The notes beneath the pieces were generated by a model that saw only the letters and a program-made list of their open reading frames with translations, searched no databases and was not told the DNA's origin. Shown in pieces: positions 50,016 to 61,400 of a stretch of 64,000 nucleotides of DNA. The stretch covers positions 12,400,001-12,464,000 of the forward strand of contig CATNEN010000007.1 of assembly GCA_950097015.1 (NCBI GenBank), read 5' to 3'. Each line of letters starts with the position of its first letter. Within the stretch, counting starts at the first letter, position 1. The translations under genes were made by a program, and so were the position numbers. The stretch is from Macrostomum hystrix (taxonomy: Eukaryota; Animalia; Platyhelminthes).

Positions 50016-51201
50016 TGCGCTTTCTAGTGCTACTACTTTTGTGAGTAGTTCGGTGCGGGCGGATGGGTCTGGAAGAGTCGAAGGCAAGATTGAAATTTGC
50101 TAGTTTACAAAACTTTCTAACCGATTAAAAATGTCGCTGCCCCACGCCTAACTGATATATTTGGCCTATATACTTCTTCTGGCCTACAGTAGCTTCAATG
50201 CGCACAAACTCAAATGCCAGGTGGGCCCGAGCTGTTAAAGCATGACCTAAATTGATTGTCTGGCACTGCTGAAATCGATACACCTGCTTTATACGGCCTC
50301 CTAAACCTAACAAAACTGCAATTCAGTTGAAAAAAATAACTCAAGTAGCGGAGAGTTTCACGCGCGGTCGAGGGCCGCCAGGATACACGCGACAACTCGA
50401 GCTCAGCATCGCGTGAGCACTGCTCAAGAAATCGTGCATATTTATTAGCTGCACGAGTTGCGGGCTCATGGCAGAAGCAGAAGCGCAGTGGAGGGGATTC
50501 TGAAGAGGAGAGGGAAAGTACAGCTCGGCTGCTACAGCAACGCTGGCTGGGGCGGTGGGCAGTAATGACTGGGACGGCAACGTTGATGAGGGATCCCGGC
50601 CCGGCCAGGTAGGGAACACCTGCTACTAGGGGCAGAAACTGCAAAGGCTAACAATGGTCTTCATAAATTAGTTATGACTGACAAGTTCCCGCGGGAGAGG
50701 CGAGGTGGGCGGGCCAGCCAGCCGGCGAAATCGTGGGAGGCGGTGAGGGGTCAAGCGGCGGGCCGGCAGTGCCTGAATAGCTGGATGCAGGAAGCGCATT
50801 CAGCAGCCTCCTCCCCCCCCCAGCCAAAGTACTGAGTTCCAGCATAGCAGCCAGGAGCAGTCGGGGCTGTTTTTGACAGCTCTGGCAGCAGCGGCAGAGC
50901 TTTAGAGCAGCCATGGGTCTCAGAGCACTTGAACAGGCGCTAATGGCATAGAGGCAAGCAGCAATGGCAAAGCAGGGCTTAAGCAATGTAATTGACACAT
51001 TAAAATGCAAAAATATGCACTGCGACTAGGCCATCGCTTGTAAGTACAATAAGTACTCTGTCTAGGATTAGAAGTGCATGCAATTTGCTCATTTGGCTTG
51101 GGCTAGTTATGTCAGAAGTGAAATTATTGAAGAAAGATCGGTTAAAGTCACTATCAAAACACGAAGGATCAGGCAACAATGGCTCCTGTGGCTGGCTGGG
51201 C

Positions 51202-51972
51202 TCAGCCCAGGCGCTTGCGCTGCAGAATAATGGCGATGCCCAGCAGCACAGTGAGGTTGTCCACCAGCAGGCGTGCGTGGCACCAGAAGTCCATGCCGAC
51301 CCGGTGCAGCCAGTAGTTCGGCCGCATGTCGTTGACGAGCGTGACGCCCAGCAGGATGCAGGCGAGCAGCTTGATGGCCGCGTAGAAGTTGAAGTTGGAC
51401 AGCAGCGCCAGGCCGGCCAGGCAGTACATGCAGGCAACGGCCCAGTGCAAGTGCGGCAAGGACTCGCCCACGTTGCGGCGAAGGGCCTCGGCCTCTTCCG
51501 GCACAGTGGCAAAAGCGTAGGCGGAACCGATGGCGTAGATGCCGAGTAGGGAGCGGGCGGCCTGGCGCAGCTGGCTGGAGGTGGAGGCCAGGGTGTCGCA
51601 GATGGCGGCGAAGTGCAGGAAGACGGCACAGCAGCCCAGGCTGGGCAGGGCCAGGCGGGCGCGCACCCAAGGCTTGTAGCGAAGGGCTGGCGCAGTGATG
51701 GTAAGGTAGGCCATGTACAGCAGCAGGCCGCAGTAGATCAGCAGCGCCTGCCGTCTGCGAATGTTCAGAGAGACGGCGAAGCCCAGGGCCACGCAGCTGA
51801 ACACCAGCACGTAGATGAGGCGAGGAGCCAGCGGTGGCTCAGACTCCCGTTTGGCTCGCTCGCTCAGCAGCATCAGTAGCGTCAGCGCGTTGGCAAATGG
51901 CACGCGGGTGAATAGCACCACCAGGAACTTAAAGGACATGCTGCCCGCCCCCTCCTGCTGTTGCTGTGCCAT
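51202..51972 (-). CDS. TMEM101: Transmembrane protein 101, 256 aa
   Basis: LFTRVPF..LMLLSERA, LGIYAI..AY and YW....DFW match TMEM101 as recalled; same length and multi-TM profile. Confidence 0.88.
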   Translation of the reverse strand: MAQQQQEGAGSMSFKFLVVLFTRVPFANALTLLMLLSERAKRESEPPLAPRLIYVLVFSCVALGFAVSLNIRRRQALLIYCGLLLYMAYLTITAPALRYKPWVRARLALPSLGCCAVFLHFAAICDTLASTSSQLRQAARSLLGIYAIGSAYAFATVPEEAEALRRNVGESLPHLHWAVACMYCLAGLALLSNFNFYAAIKLLACILLGVTLVNDMRPNYWLHRVGMDFWCHARLLVDNLTVLLGIAIILQRKRLG

Positions 51973-54582
51973 GTGTCTTGCTGCAAGATAGGGTGCTTCC
52001 CAATTGTTATTATTTTTATTAACGAAATCATTTTAAACACAAATGCGCTTATCCGTGCATCAACTGGGCAGCTAGATATGTTAATAGATGGCAATAGAAC
52101 TTTAAGGCTAACGTTACTCTGTAAATCTAGTGCACTCATTGAGTTACAAAGACAGAAAGCAGACAAAGGCTCTACAAGCGTGCAGACAAGGGGAAGCCCG
52201 GCGTATAAAAACAAATAGTAAATTATGAATCCCGAGCTTTATATTACTTGTACGAAAATTGGATACCTGGAAATCAATATCGTCAATGGAAACAGGTCTA
52301 GATTGCAGATCAAGAGACGCTAATAAGCTGATGCCCCAAATACGCTTGCGTGATCAGAACCTCCCTTCATTCCGTCTGTGCCCGTCTATCAGCAGCGCAT
52401 GCCTGACTGAGGCCTGGACCCGCCCGGCACATCGGTCCGATCTGGCAGCCACGCCCGCCAAGCGGAAATGATGGCTGGAAAAATTACAATGGCTACAGTG
52501 GACAGCACAGGTTTCATTTAATCTGCCCTTCTTCTTACAAGCAACCAAGCGCACAGTTAATAGAGCAACAAGTAAAGGACGCACAGATTTGCACAGCAAT
52601 TATGCGGCCTATGCGCGGGGTGCAGCCGCTGTCATTCGAGAAGCGGCGGTGAGCAGCACGGCGAAGCATCGGGTGGAGTATCAAATGTCTGGTGCCATCC
52701 ATCCGCACAGCCACTAGGAACTAGGATCTAAATGCTGGGTGCAGGCCTTAGTTATGAGCGCCCGATGTCTGACCTATATTTGTTTCGAAGGCGATGCAAG
52801 ATGGTGCACGCTGGGAGACTGGAAATTGGAGGCGCAGTCAGCTCCTGGCTACTGAGAGTCCTGAGCGGAGGGTCAGACAGAAAACATTTCTATTCTAATC
52901 AATTTGCCCCTTAAGATCCATCTTCCCATTGTTCCCATGCACTGCAGCTCAATACGGACATCGCTAACGAGCTAAACAGGAAGCCGCAAGTGCGCCATCT
53001 CAAAAGTAATCAGGTTGAGCAGCTTTTGGCAGCTGCACAAACCAGGCCTCCAGAGGGCCACGGAAAGAACTGGCAAATAAAGCTGGCGAATTACTCAGCA
53101 ATTCATTGGAAACTGAATCCGGTGTCGGGCGCTTGGGCCGCTATTATTGACACAATGCGCGGTCTATTTTTGCAAAAAATGATTGGCATTTAGCATCTAA
53201 TGACGAGCGGAGATGCGGCAGCGCAACAGGAGCTAACACAGATCCAGACTTAGCATGAGAAGGCAGGCGAGGCAGACGCGGGATGCCAATAGACGGGGGA
53301 GTACAGAGCGTTTGCTTGTTTGGAAGGATGACATTAAAATACCCGGAGAGGATGACGGTGGGATAGGAAAGAATGTTAATTACAAAAATCCCGAAATGAA
53401 ACAAGCAATGCCATTTTTGGACCACACAGGCAGCGCGTCAGCGCAGCCACGCAACGCTCATTAGGCAATATGAATCAAGGGAAGCGGTTGAGAGCGCAGT
53501 GAGGCCACAAAAGCGAAGCAGCTCAGGTTGAGCTTGAGGCCAAGCACTGAGCGGCAAGAGAAAACAACGATTTTATTGCGCAAAAAGCAATGAGCTCAAG
53601 CTGCATTTGACGTAGGAATATCCTGGGAATCTCGCTGACGGACTACGAGTACAAAAGTGCTATAATGCTTTAGGTAACCTAGGGAAGTGATTCTACTTAG
53701 AAGCCGCAACAACATAAGTCTGCAGACAAACTGCAAACCTGTCTTGGTGAAAAAGCCCGCAGTCCATTTTTCAGTTGCTTCATCCTCGGCTGCACACTAA
53801 CGTACCCGCTGTCGATTCCGAGGGTTTGGGAGCCCAGCTGCCAACTCCCAGCGGGCGGGCCTCTCACAGCCATTCCTATTCGATGGAAGGTAAAGAACGG
53901 AGAGGAGACAAGTCGGGACGGGCTTTCGATTGACAGGCATCGACCCGCTGTCGCCAAAGCGAAGTGAAATCTCGAGTGAGACAGACAGGGAGGTGTCGGC
54001 AACGAAGAGCTAGGACTAGGAAGAGGGGCGCCTGCCCACCTCTAGGATCAGTGTCGTCTTCCCGGCGCGCTTGTTATTGACCCAAGTGCGCGGGCGGAAT
54101 GGGAGCGCCAGTGCTGTCGCGAATCAATGCTGGGGAAATAACAGGCCAGCAGCACACCCCCTGCCGGGTTCGTCTGTCTGCGGCTCATATGCGTAGGGAA
54201 GGATGCATCAAAACAACTGCAGAAATTAGGCGCCAAAGAAAATGCCAGCCATATGGATTGTGGCGGGAGCAGAGAGTTGGGGGTGCAACTTCCAACTCTC
54301 AGGCGCACCTTCCTGGTGGGAGTGTGTAATTGTCACCAGGCACACATAAGACTTCAGGGGCGCACGTATTCCCTTTTACTCGCAAATTGCATAACCTCGC
54401 GTCCACATCTTTCCACAAACTCGAAGCGATTCAGGCGAACAAGATAAAGGAAAATGCGAAAAAGCCTCGCGCAGAAAATTACCCAGCGCAGGAAATGTAA
54501 ACGAACAGTAGTAGTGCACAGTTATTACGGAGCACGCACGGGGGAAAGCATGTCCATAAGCATCCTCAGCGAAAGAAGCACG

Positions 54583-56535
54583 CTACAACTGCGTTTCAGT
54601 CTCTGATAGCTGCGGTTGACCTCCAGCAACAGCTACGCCGCCGCTGCTGCTGCTGCCGTTGCGAAGACGGTTGCCAGATCGCCTTCGGTGGCCGCTCTGG
54701 TGCACAATGGCCGATGAAGTACAAACAGCGCTTGACGTGGATGCGGCAGAGTCCGATGCCGAAGCGAGCTGTTGGCGTGCGGCCAATAGGTAGTCGCGAA
54801 TAAGATGAGCCGCCTGGTTAGCCTGCCGGCAGTGGAGGGACAGACGGCCTTGGCCCCGCAGCTGAAGGGAGAGTTGCGCGCGGCTGTCCGAGCCGAAGCC
54901 GAGCAGGTCAGGGTAGACAAAGACGACTAGCGGTACTGTACGCCGCCAGTCAGCGTCGATAACATCGCCGTCATCATTGCAAGAGCTAGGAGTCTCGGGC
55001 AGAATCTGCAGACCAGCTTCACCGACAGCGAGTGCGCATGCATCCCCGATTGACGCAGTAGCTGCTGCCAGCGGGCTGTGAAGTCGAGCAGAGAAAACGG
55101 TGCAGCCGAACAGCGGAGATGCAGAACGGCAGGCGGCCAGAAGCTGCAGATCGAGAGCCCGATGGCGATCTCGACCTTCCTTTGGGGCGATGGCGGCCGC
55201 CTCGGCAGACGCAGTGCTGGCAGCAGTCAGGATGGCATCAAGGGGTACGCGGTCTCGCCAACGTCGGGGCAGGATTCGGCGCACTAGGGCGGGATCTGTG
55301 CCGGCGGTGGTGGCTTCGCGTGCTGATTGAATGCCGCAAAGAGCCTTCGCCAGTTCCAGCGTGAGCGGCAGGTGGCCCTCGAAGACATTAGTGAGGCATT
55401 GGTGGGCCATAAGAGACACCTCTATGTCGTCCGATTCATCCACATAGGGAGAAATAAAAAGGCGCTTCTTAAGCAGCAGTCGGACCAGATGCGGGCTACC
55501 ATTCAGCTGACCATGTTGCTCCCAACGGAACAAGGCGTCCCCGATAAACTCGGCAGGCCCTGTGCAGCGCTCGGGCGCGCCAGGGAACTGCTCAAACAGA
55601 GCCCAACCAGCTGCGCTGGGCTTCAATGGAACTTGGCTGATCACAGCAGCGGTAGCCTCAGCGCCAGTGAGGTGCGAGTGAAACTCCAGCTGGCGGCTCT
55701 CCCCATTCAGCAAGTTGACAAGCACCCGCGCGTTGGCGCATGCAAAGGCCGCCGAGAGCTCTGCGGCCGAAGGTGGGAATCGGCGTCTGGAGGGTCGGGC
55801 TGGTCGGGCAAGGCAAGCAAGACAAAACTGGGCGCAGCGCGCTGGCTCGCATGGTGGTTGTTGGCGGGATAAACGGGTGAGATGACAGCGCAGGAGACGC
55901 ATTGCGGGCTCCCAGGTGGGACGGATAAGAGAGCAGGCAGCGCAGAGCAACTGATGTGGTCTCGGTGCTGTTGCCGGAAGGCCGTCTGGCGAGTCGCAAT
56001 AGGTCTGGCGCACGAGCTGCAGGAAGAGCTCGCTTGTTAGTCGGTCGGATTCCAGGCATCGCTGCAGCACTGCTTGCACCGTCCGAACAACCGCAGGCTC
56101 GTCGAGACTGGTGGCTCGCTCGACAAGATGTATCGCAGCTGAAAATTTCACCGCAGCTGAGCGTGCAGAGTCGGTGGTGTGTATAAGCAGCGGCTGTTTT
56201 AACGGGGCAGCAGCCCGAATCCAGTAGGCGGCCTTGAAGCAGGCTGGGTCTGCGCAGCCAGCAGACGCTGGGGTCGGTGGCTTCGGCGCATCTGATGGCG
56301 ACTCGCCTCCATTGGGGCTTCCACAAGCTTTTGGTGCGTCGGCATTGCCGCCCCCACGCTGTCGGCGCTTGGCTCGGCTGAGGACCCGCAGGAACGCAGA
56401 TGCCGCGTCCTCCTGAGGCGGCCTGGCAAGGAGGCCAGAGACGATGATGGCTCTTCGGCAGTTTGCGAGTTCATCAGACAACGAAGCTACGGAGGAGCCA
56501 GCATCATCGGCAATCGCTGTCGTACCTTCTGCCAT
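54583..56535 (-). CDS. MyTH4-FERM domain protein (PLEKHH/myosin-tail-like), 650 aa, intronless CDS
   Basis: MyTH4 (LTSELFLQLVRQT; RRFPPSAAEL) followed by FERM (GWALFE; IGDALFRWE; LLLKKRLF; PLFGCTVF). Confidence 0.85.
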   Translation of the reverse strand: MAEGTTAIADDAGSSVASLSDELANCRRAIIVSGLLARPPQEDAASAFLRVLSRAKRRQRGGGNADAPKACGSPNGGESPSDAPKPPTPASAGCADPACFKAAYWIRAAAPLKQPLLIHTTDSARSAAVKFSAAIHLVERATSLDEPAVVRTVQAVLQRCLESDRLTSELFLQLVRQTYCDSPDGLPATAPRPHQLLCAACSLIRPTWEPAMRLLRCHLTRLSRQQPPCEPARCAQFCLACLARPARPSRRRFPPSAAELSAAFACANARVLVNLLNGESRQLEFHSHLTGAEATAAVISQVPLKPSAAGWALFEQFPGAPERCTGPAEFIGDALFRWEQHGQLNGSPHLVRLLLKKRLFISPYVDESDDIEVSLMAHQCLTNVFEGHLPLTLELAKALCGIQSAREATTAGTDPALVRRILPRRWRDRVPLDAILTAASTASAEAAAIAPKEGRDRHRALDLQLLAACRSASPLFGCTVFSARLHSPLAAATASIGDACALAVGEAGLQILPETPSSCNDDGDVIDADWRRTVPLVVFVYPDLLGFGSDSRAQLSLQLRGQGRLSLHCRQANQAAHLIRDYLLAARQQLASASDSAASTSSAVCTSSAIVHQSGHRRRSGNRLRNGSSSSGGVAVAGGQPQLSETETQL

Positions 56536-58232
56536 TTAGGGAGTTAAGCTAAAGGATTAAACCACATGGACGGGCTCCGGCAAACAGAGAAGAGGCAGCC
56601 TCTTTTTAAAAAGCCGAGGCTATTGAGCACTTTTGTTCTCCTCAGTCCATCTGTTCATAAGTAAAAAAATCCTTTTCAATATCAAAGTAATTTTGCGAGT
56701 TTTGCTTCTTTGGCGCTACCAAAAGCTTTGCCAAATGTGGAGCGGCACGAGAGTGGGGGCGAGCAAGCAACAGGAGCAACTGAGTTGGAGCAGACGCTGA
56801 GTGACTGAGCGAGGCTGAGGGATCGCCTTCTGCTCTGTCGTTGCGGCACAGCTATCCTAGACACGGCAGGCTTTGCGCCCGCCCCACAGTATGTAAATAC
56901 ACACAGTCCCGCTTGCCCCACCCCAGCCACCAGCCGCCCTTGCCCGGGCAGGGCCAATGCCAAGCCGTGCGGCAGGCAGAGCCGCATGGCCGGGCATCCT
57001 GCAGACAAGCACTGCAGCCAGAGGATATAAATTCGCGGACTACAAGGGGCAGGAAACCCGGTCGGAGTGAACACGAAGCAGCGCCTACTTAAAAAACAAT
57101 GCCGGTATGGAGCAGCGGAGCTACACAGAAATCCCATTGCATGGTCCCGAGACCGACTGATTCACCTGCTGCGTGCGCTAACATAACATGCGACTAGAAG
57201 TCGGTGCACAACACACACAGGGCAAGATCCGCGGACAGTCAAATAACTCGCAATAAAATTAAGTAGCCACCACAGTCTGGCACAGCGGCATAGTTTGAAT
57301 GTCAACAGAAAAGCGCGAATCCAATTACAGGCCTCTCCAAATTAGCGGCTTCGGCATGCGGAAGACACACACCCAACGCCAGCAAAGCAGACTTGCTAAT
57401 TGATAACTGGGTTCATAGTTACACACTGATAGTGTTAATCTGGATGAATTAGGGTCATTGGAATGTGTGAGCATCCCCAGTGAAGGTATGCACAGCAATC
57501 CATAGGAGTGCTTCGTGTGAGAGTCCACAACAGGCAGGCAGGAGTACATTACAATAGAGCGGAGCCCAGATAGACAATGCACAGCGCACAGCCTGGCAGC
57601 AACAGGGAGCCGTCAAGCAGTATGGGAGCGGGGCTAGGACAGGCGCAGAGAGCTCATGAATAATTAAGAACTCAGAGTGCCAATGGGAAGGCGACAATGT
57701 CATGGTCCGGTCCCAGCCCGCAGCTTATGGTGGCACAATGAAGTCAGGGCGATGTCTCGCACATTTAGTGCAATTACACAAGACCCAGTCTGAATAATTC
57801 AGTGCCACAGCGGGCCATGGAAGCTGCGCGTTGGACTCGGACAGGTTAGTAGGGGCGAATGCCCACCGGTGTTGATTACGCATGGCGGGCAACACGATAG
57901 CGCTGTGTCAACACCATATAAAAATTGCAGCTATCCTGGTCGGCAATTAGACAGGCAAAAGATTGATAAAAAGCAAGAGAAGACAGTAGCAAGCATGCAG
58001 GAGACTGGATCTTTAAAGAGACTGAAACCAGCTGCATGGAATTCGGTATTTAAATCCATGACAGCTACTAGAACGAGGGAAGTACCAAATGGAACACGTG
58101 AAGAGCACAATGCAGTATCCTTCATAAATCTTAAAATCTGCAGAAATGACTGCACCGATGCTAACCTGTGAGTCATCTGACAGACTGATGAGGATTAAAT
58201 CTAAAAAATAACTACTTTCTAAATATACTACT

Positions 58233-58417
58233 TGTAGTGTGCGTACGCACGTGAGCCAGGCCCAGGTGTACACCTGGGTCGTTTGATTGGTTGCGGAGCG
58301 GGGTGGGTGTCGCCACCCCAGTTCTAGCAAATAATATATGGACGCGCGCTCAGCGTGGCAGTAAAGATTGAGAGTTTTGTCTGCTCACTAAAAATAGCCT
58401 CGGCCTTAGTTATTATA
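58233..58417 (+). repeat. 5' LTR
   Basis: TGTAGTG...TTATTATA, identical to the 3' LTR except the penultimate base. Confidence 0.95.
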
Positions 58418-58418
58418 A

Positions 58419-58431
58419 TGGCATCGCAAGC
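58419..58431 (+). other. Primer-binding site (TGGCATCGCAAGC)
   Basis: TGG-initiated tract 1 nt after the 5' LTR; primer tRNA not identified. Confidence 0.7.
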
Positions 58432-58450
58432 ACCGAACCCCTAGTGCACC

Positions 58451-61400
58451 ATGACTGAGCAAATTTCTCTCGCGCCTCCCGGCCAGTTTGTTATCGATAG
58501 CGATTGCCACTCAACTGCACAGCGCTGGACTGCATGGGCTCGCCGGTTCGCCACATACATTAACGCAGCTGGGATCCATGACGCAAAGCGAGGGCAGCAC
58601 CTGCTGTTGTACGCCGCGGGAGAGGAGCTGCAGACCATCGTCGAAGAGAATGAAATTGACGCTGGGGAAGACTACAGCAGCCTCGCAAAGAATATCAAGG
58701 AATTCTGGGACGGCAAGAACAGCATCGTGTTCCTCCGCTTCAAGTTCGAGACCTGCAGACAACAGCAAGGCGAGACAATCGACCAGTGGTACCAGCGCCT
58801 GCGCAAGGCGGCGGAGCCGTGCGAGTTTGGAGCGATCAAGGATTCGCTGATCCGAGACAAAATCGTCGCCTACTGTGACTCCGAGAGGCTGAGGAGAGAC
58901 TTCCTACAGAGCAAAGACATCACCCTGACAGATGTGCTGAGGAAGGCGAGAGCCAAAGAAGCGGCGGAGCAGCAGGCCAGCGCGATGGAGAGCGGCAGGC
59001 CAGGTGAGCCGCAGCAGCAACTCGCAGCCATCCGGAGAGCCGAGCAGCCACCAGGGCCGCAGGTGCGCTGCAATCGGTGCGGCAGGCCAGGGCACTCCAC
59101 GTGCGCCGCGGCGCAAGGCAAGAGCTGCAGAAAGTGCGGAAAGCCAGGCCACTTCGCCCGAGCTTGCAGGTCCAGGCAGGAGGCGCCCCAAAGCAATTCG
59201 AATGCTGTCGCGATGCTGCAAGTTGAGACCAGCTACGAGAAGGTGGACGACCCGGACACTGGCATATTCAAGGTCGACCAGGAGCAGCAATCCGCCCACA
59301 CAGTAGCTGAGATCAACGGCACCAGACTGTCAGTGCTGATCGACAGCGGGGCGGCTCGCAATGTGATCAACCGCGCAACGTTTGAGAGCCTTAAACAGCG
59401 GCCGCGTCTGCAAGCAGCCTCTGACAGGTTGTTCGCGTACGGCTCGGACCGGCCGATGCAACTCATCGGCAAGGCGGCGATGTCCATCCGCTTATTCGGC
59501 CGACGGGCGGTCGCCACATTTCACGTTGTCGACGGCAGAGGCATCACCATCATCGGCAGGCAGACGGCCACTCAAATGGAAATCCTGCGGATCGGACCAC
59601 CACCGACGGTCGATCATCAGGTGCTGCAGGTCGCGGAAGCGGAGGCGGCTGTCGACAGCCTCCTCGGCAACACGAGATCCAGTGGAATGCCGCAAGATGC
59701 CCTTGAGAGCATCGGCAGGATACTGCGCAAGTACTCCAGCGTGCTCAGCGGCATCGGCTGCTTCACCGGGCCGCCAGTCAGCATCCACCTGACCGACAAC
59801 GCCCGACCGGTTTGTCACGCACCGTCTAAGGTACCGATTCACCTGGCCGAGGCAGTGGACAAGGAGCTGCAGCTACTGGAGCAGCTCGGAATCATCGAGC
59901 CCGTCGACGGACCAGTTCCGTGGGTCGCGCGGATGGTCGTTGTGCCCAAGAAGGAGCCAGGCGAAGTGCGGATCACACAGGACCTCCGCGATGTCAATCG
60001 CTATGTCATCCGCGAGCGTCACCAGATTCCGACTTTTGAAGAGGTGACGGGAGACATGGCCGGCAGCACCGTCTTCTCGGAACTGGACATCGCGAAGGCG
60101 TTCTACCAGGTGCCTGTAGCAGAAGAATGCCGCAATCTGCTGACATTCTCGACACCCCGAGGACTTCGGCGTCTCACTCGGCTGTGCATGGGCCTGTCCA
60201 CCTCACAGGAGATCCTACAGAGCGTGATGTGCAGAGTGCTGGCAGGCCTGCCCAACGTAAAATGGATCCACGACGACGTGGTCGTGTTCGGCCGCACGAT
60301 GGCGGAGCACAACAGCAGCCTCGAGACCTGCCTGGCCCGCCTGGCGCAACACGGCATCACGCTAAATGCTCGAAAATGCAGGTTGGCACGCAGCAGCATT
60401 GAGTTTATGGGAATGCGACTGACGGCCGAAGGAGTCCAAGCCACAGAAAGCAAGGTCGCCGCCGTTCAAGAATTCAAGGAGCCAGAGACGATAAGCCAAC
60501 TTCGATCGTTCTTGGGCCTCGTGAATTATCTCGCAGTATTCACGCCACAGCTGGCCAAGGTGGCGGAGCCGCTGCGACGCCTGACCCGGAAGAACACCGA
60601 CTGGCAGTGGGGCGCCGACCAGGCCAGCGCCTTTGCGCAGCTAAAGCGCAGCATTGCGGAGCCGACAACGCTGGCATTCTACGACAAGCGGCTACGGACA
60701 CAGCTGATTGTGGACGCGGGACCAACCGGACTCGGCGCAATCCTGGCGCAAGTACAGCACGACGGCAGTTCGCGGCCAGTCGCATACGCGAGCCGGACCC
60801 TCTCCGACGTAGAGCGGCGATATTCGCAGACCGAAAAAGAGGCGCTCGCCGTGAAGTTCGGCTGCCTGAAGTTTGAGTACTACTTGTATGGATCGCCCGA
60901 ATTCACGGTGATCTCCGACCACAAGCCGCTGACAGCCATGTATGCGCCAGGGTCACGGCCGCCTCCACGAGTCGAGCGTATGGCGCTGCGTATCCAGCAC
61001 CTGGTATTCAAGGTCGAATACCAGCCAGGAGCGTCCAATGCTGCAGACATACTCAGCAGGCAGCCTCTAAGCGCTGAAGGACGTAGGACCAGCGAGCAGC
61101 TGAGAGAGGCCTATATAAACGAGGTAGCGCAGGCGGCTGTCCCGAAGGCGCTCACGCTCGAAGACATCCGCAAGAGCTCAGCCAGCGACCCAGTTATCCG
61201 GGCAGCGATAGCAGCGATGCAAGGCGGCCAATGGGACCGCTCTAGCGCTGAGATGCGGTCACTCCACGCGCTGCGAGAGGAGCTGTCGGCGGTAGACGGA
61301 GTTCTTCTTCGGCATCAGCGGATTGTCGTGCCAGCAGCTCTACGACAGCAGATGCTCGAGCTGGCGCACCAAGGACACCAGTGCTCGCAGAAGACGACCG

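Noticed and set aside
60262-60285. RT active site IHDD instead of YxDD as a sign of inactivation
   Set aside because: Catalytic Asp pair is intact and non-Tyr variants are common in Mag-like Gypsy elements
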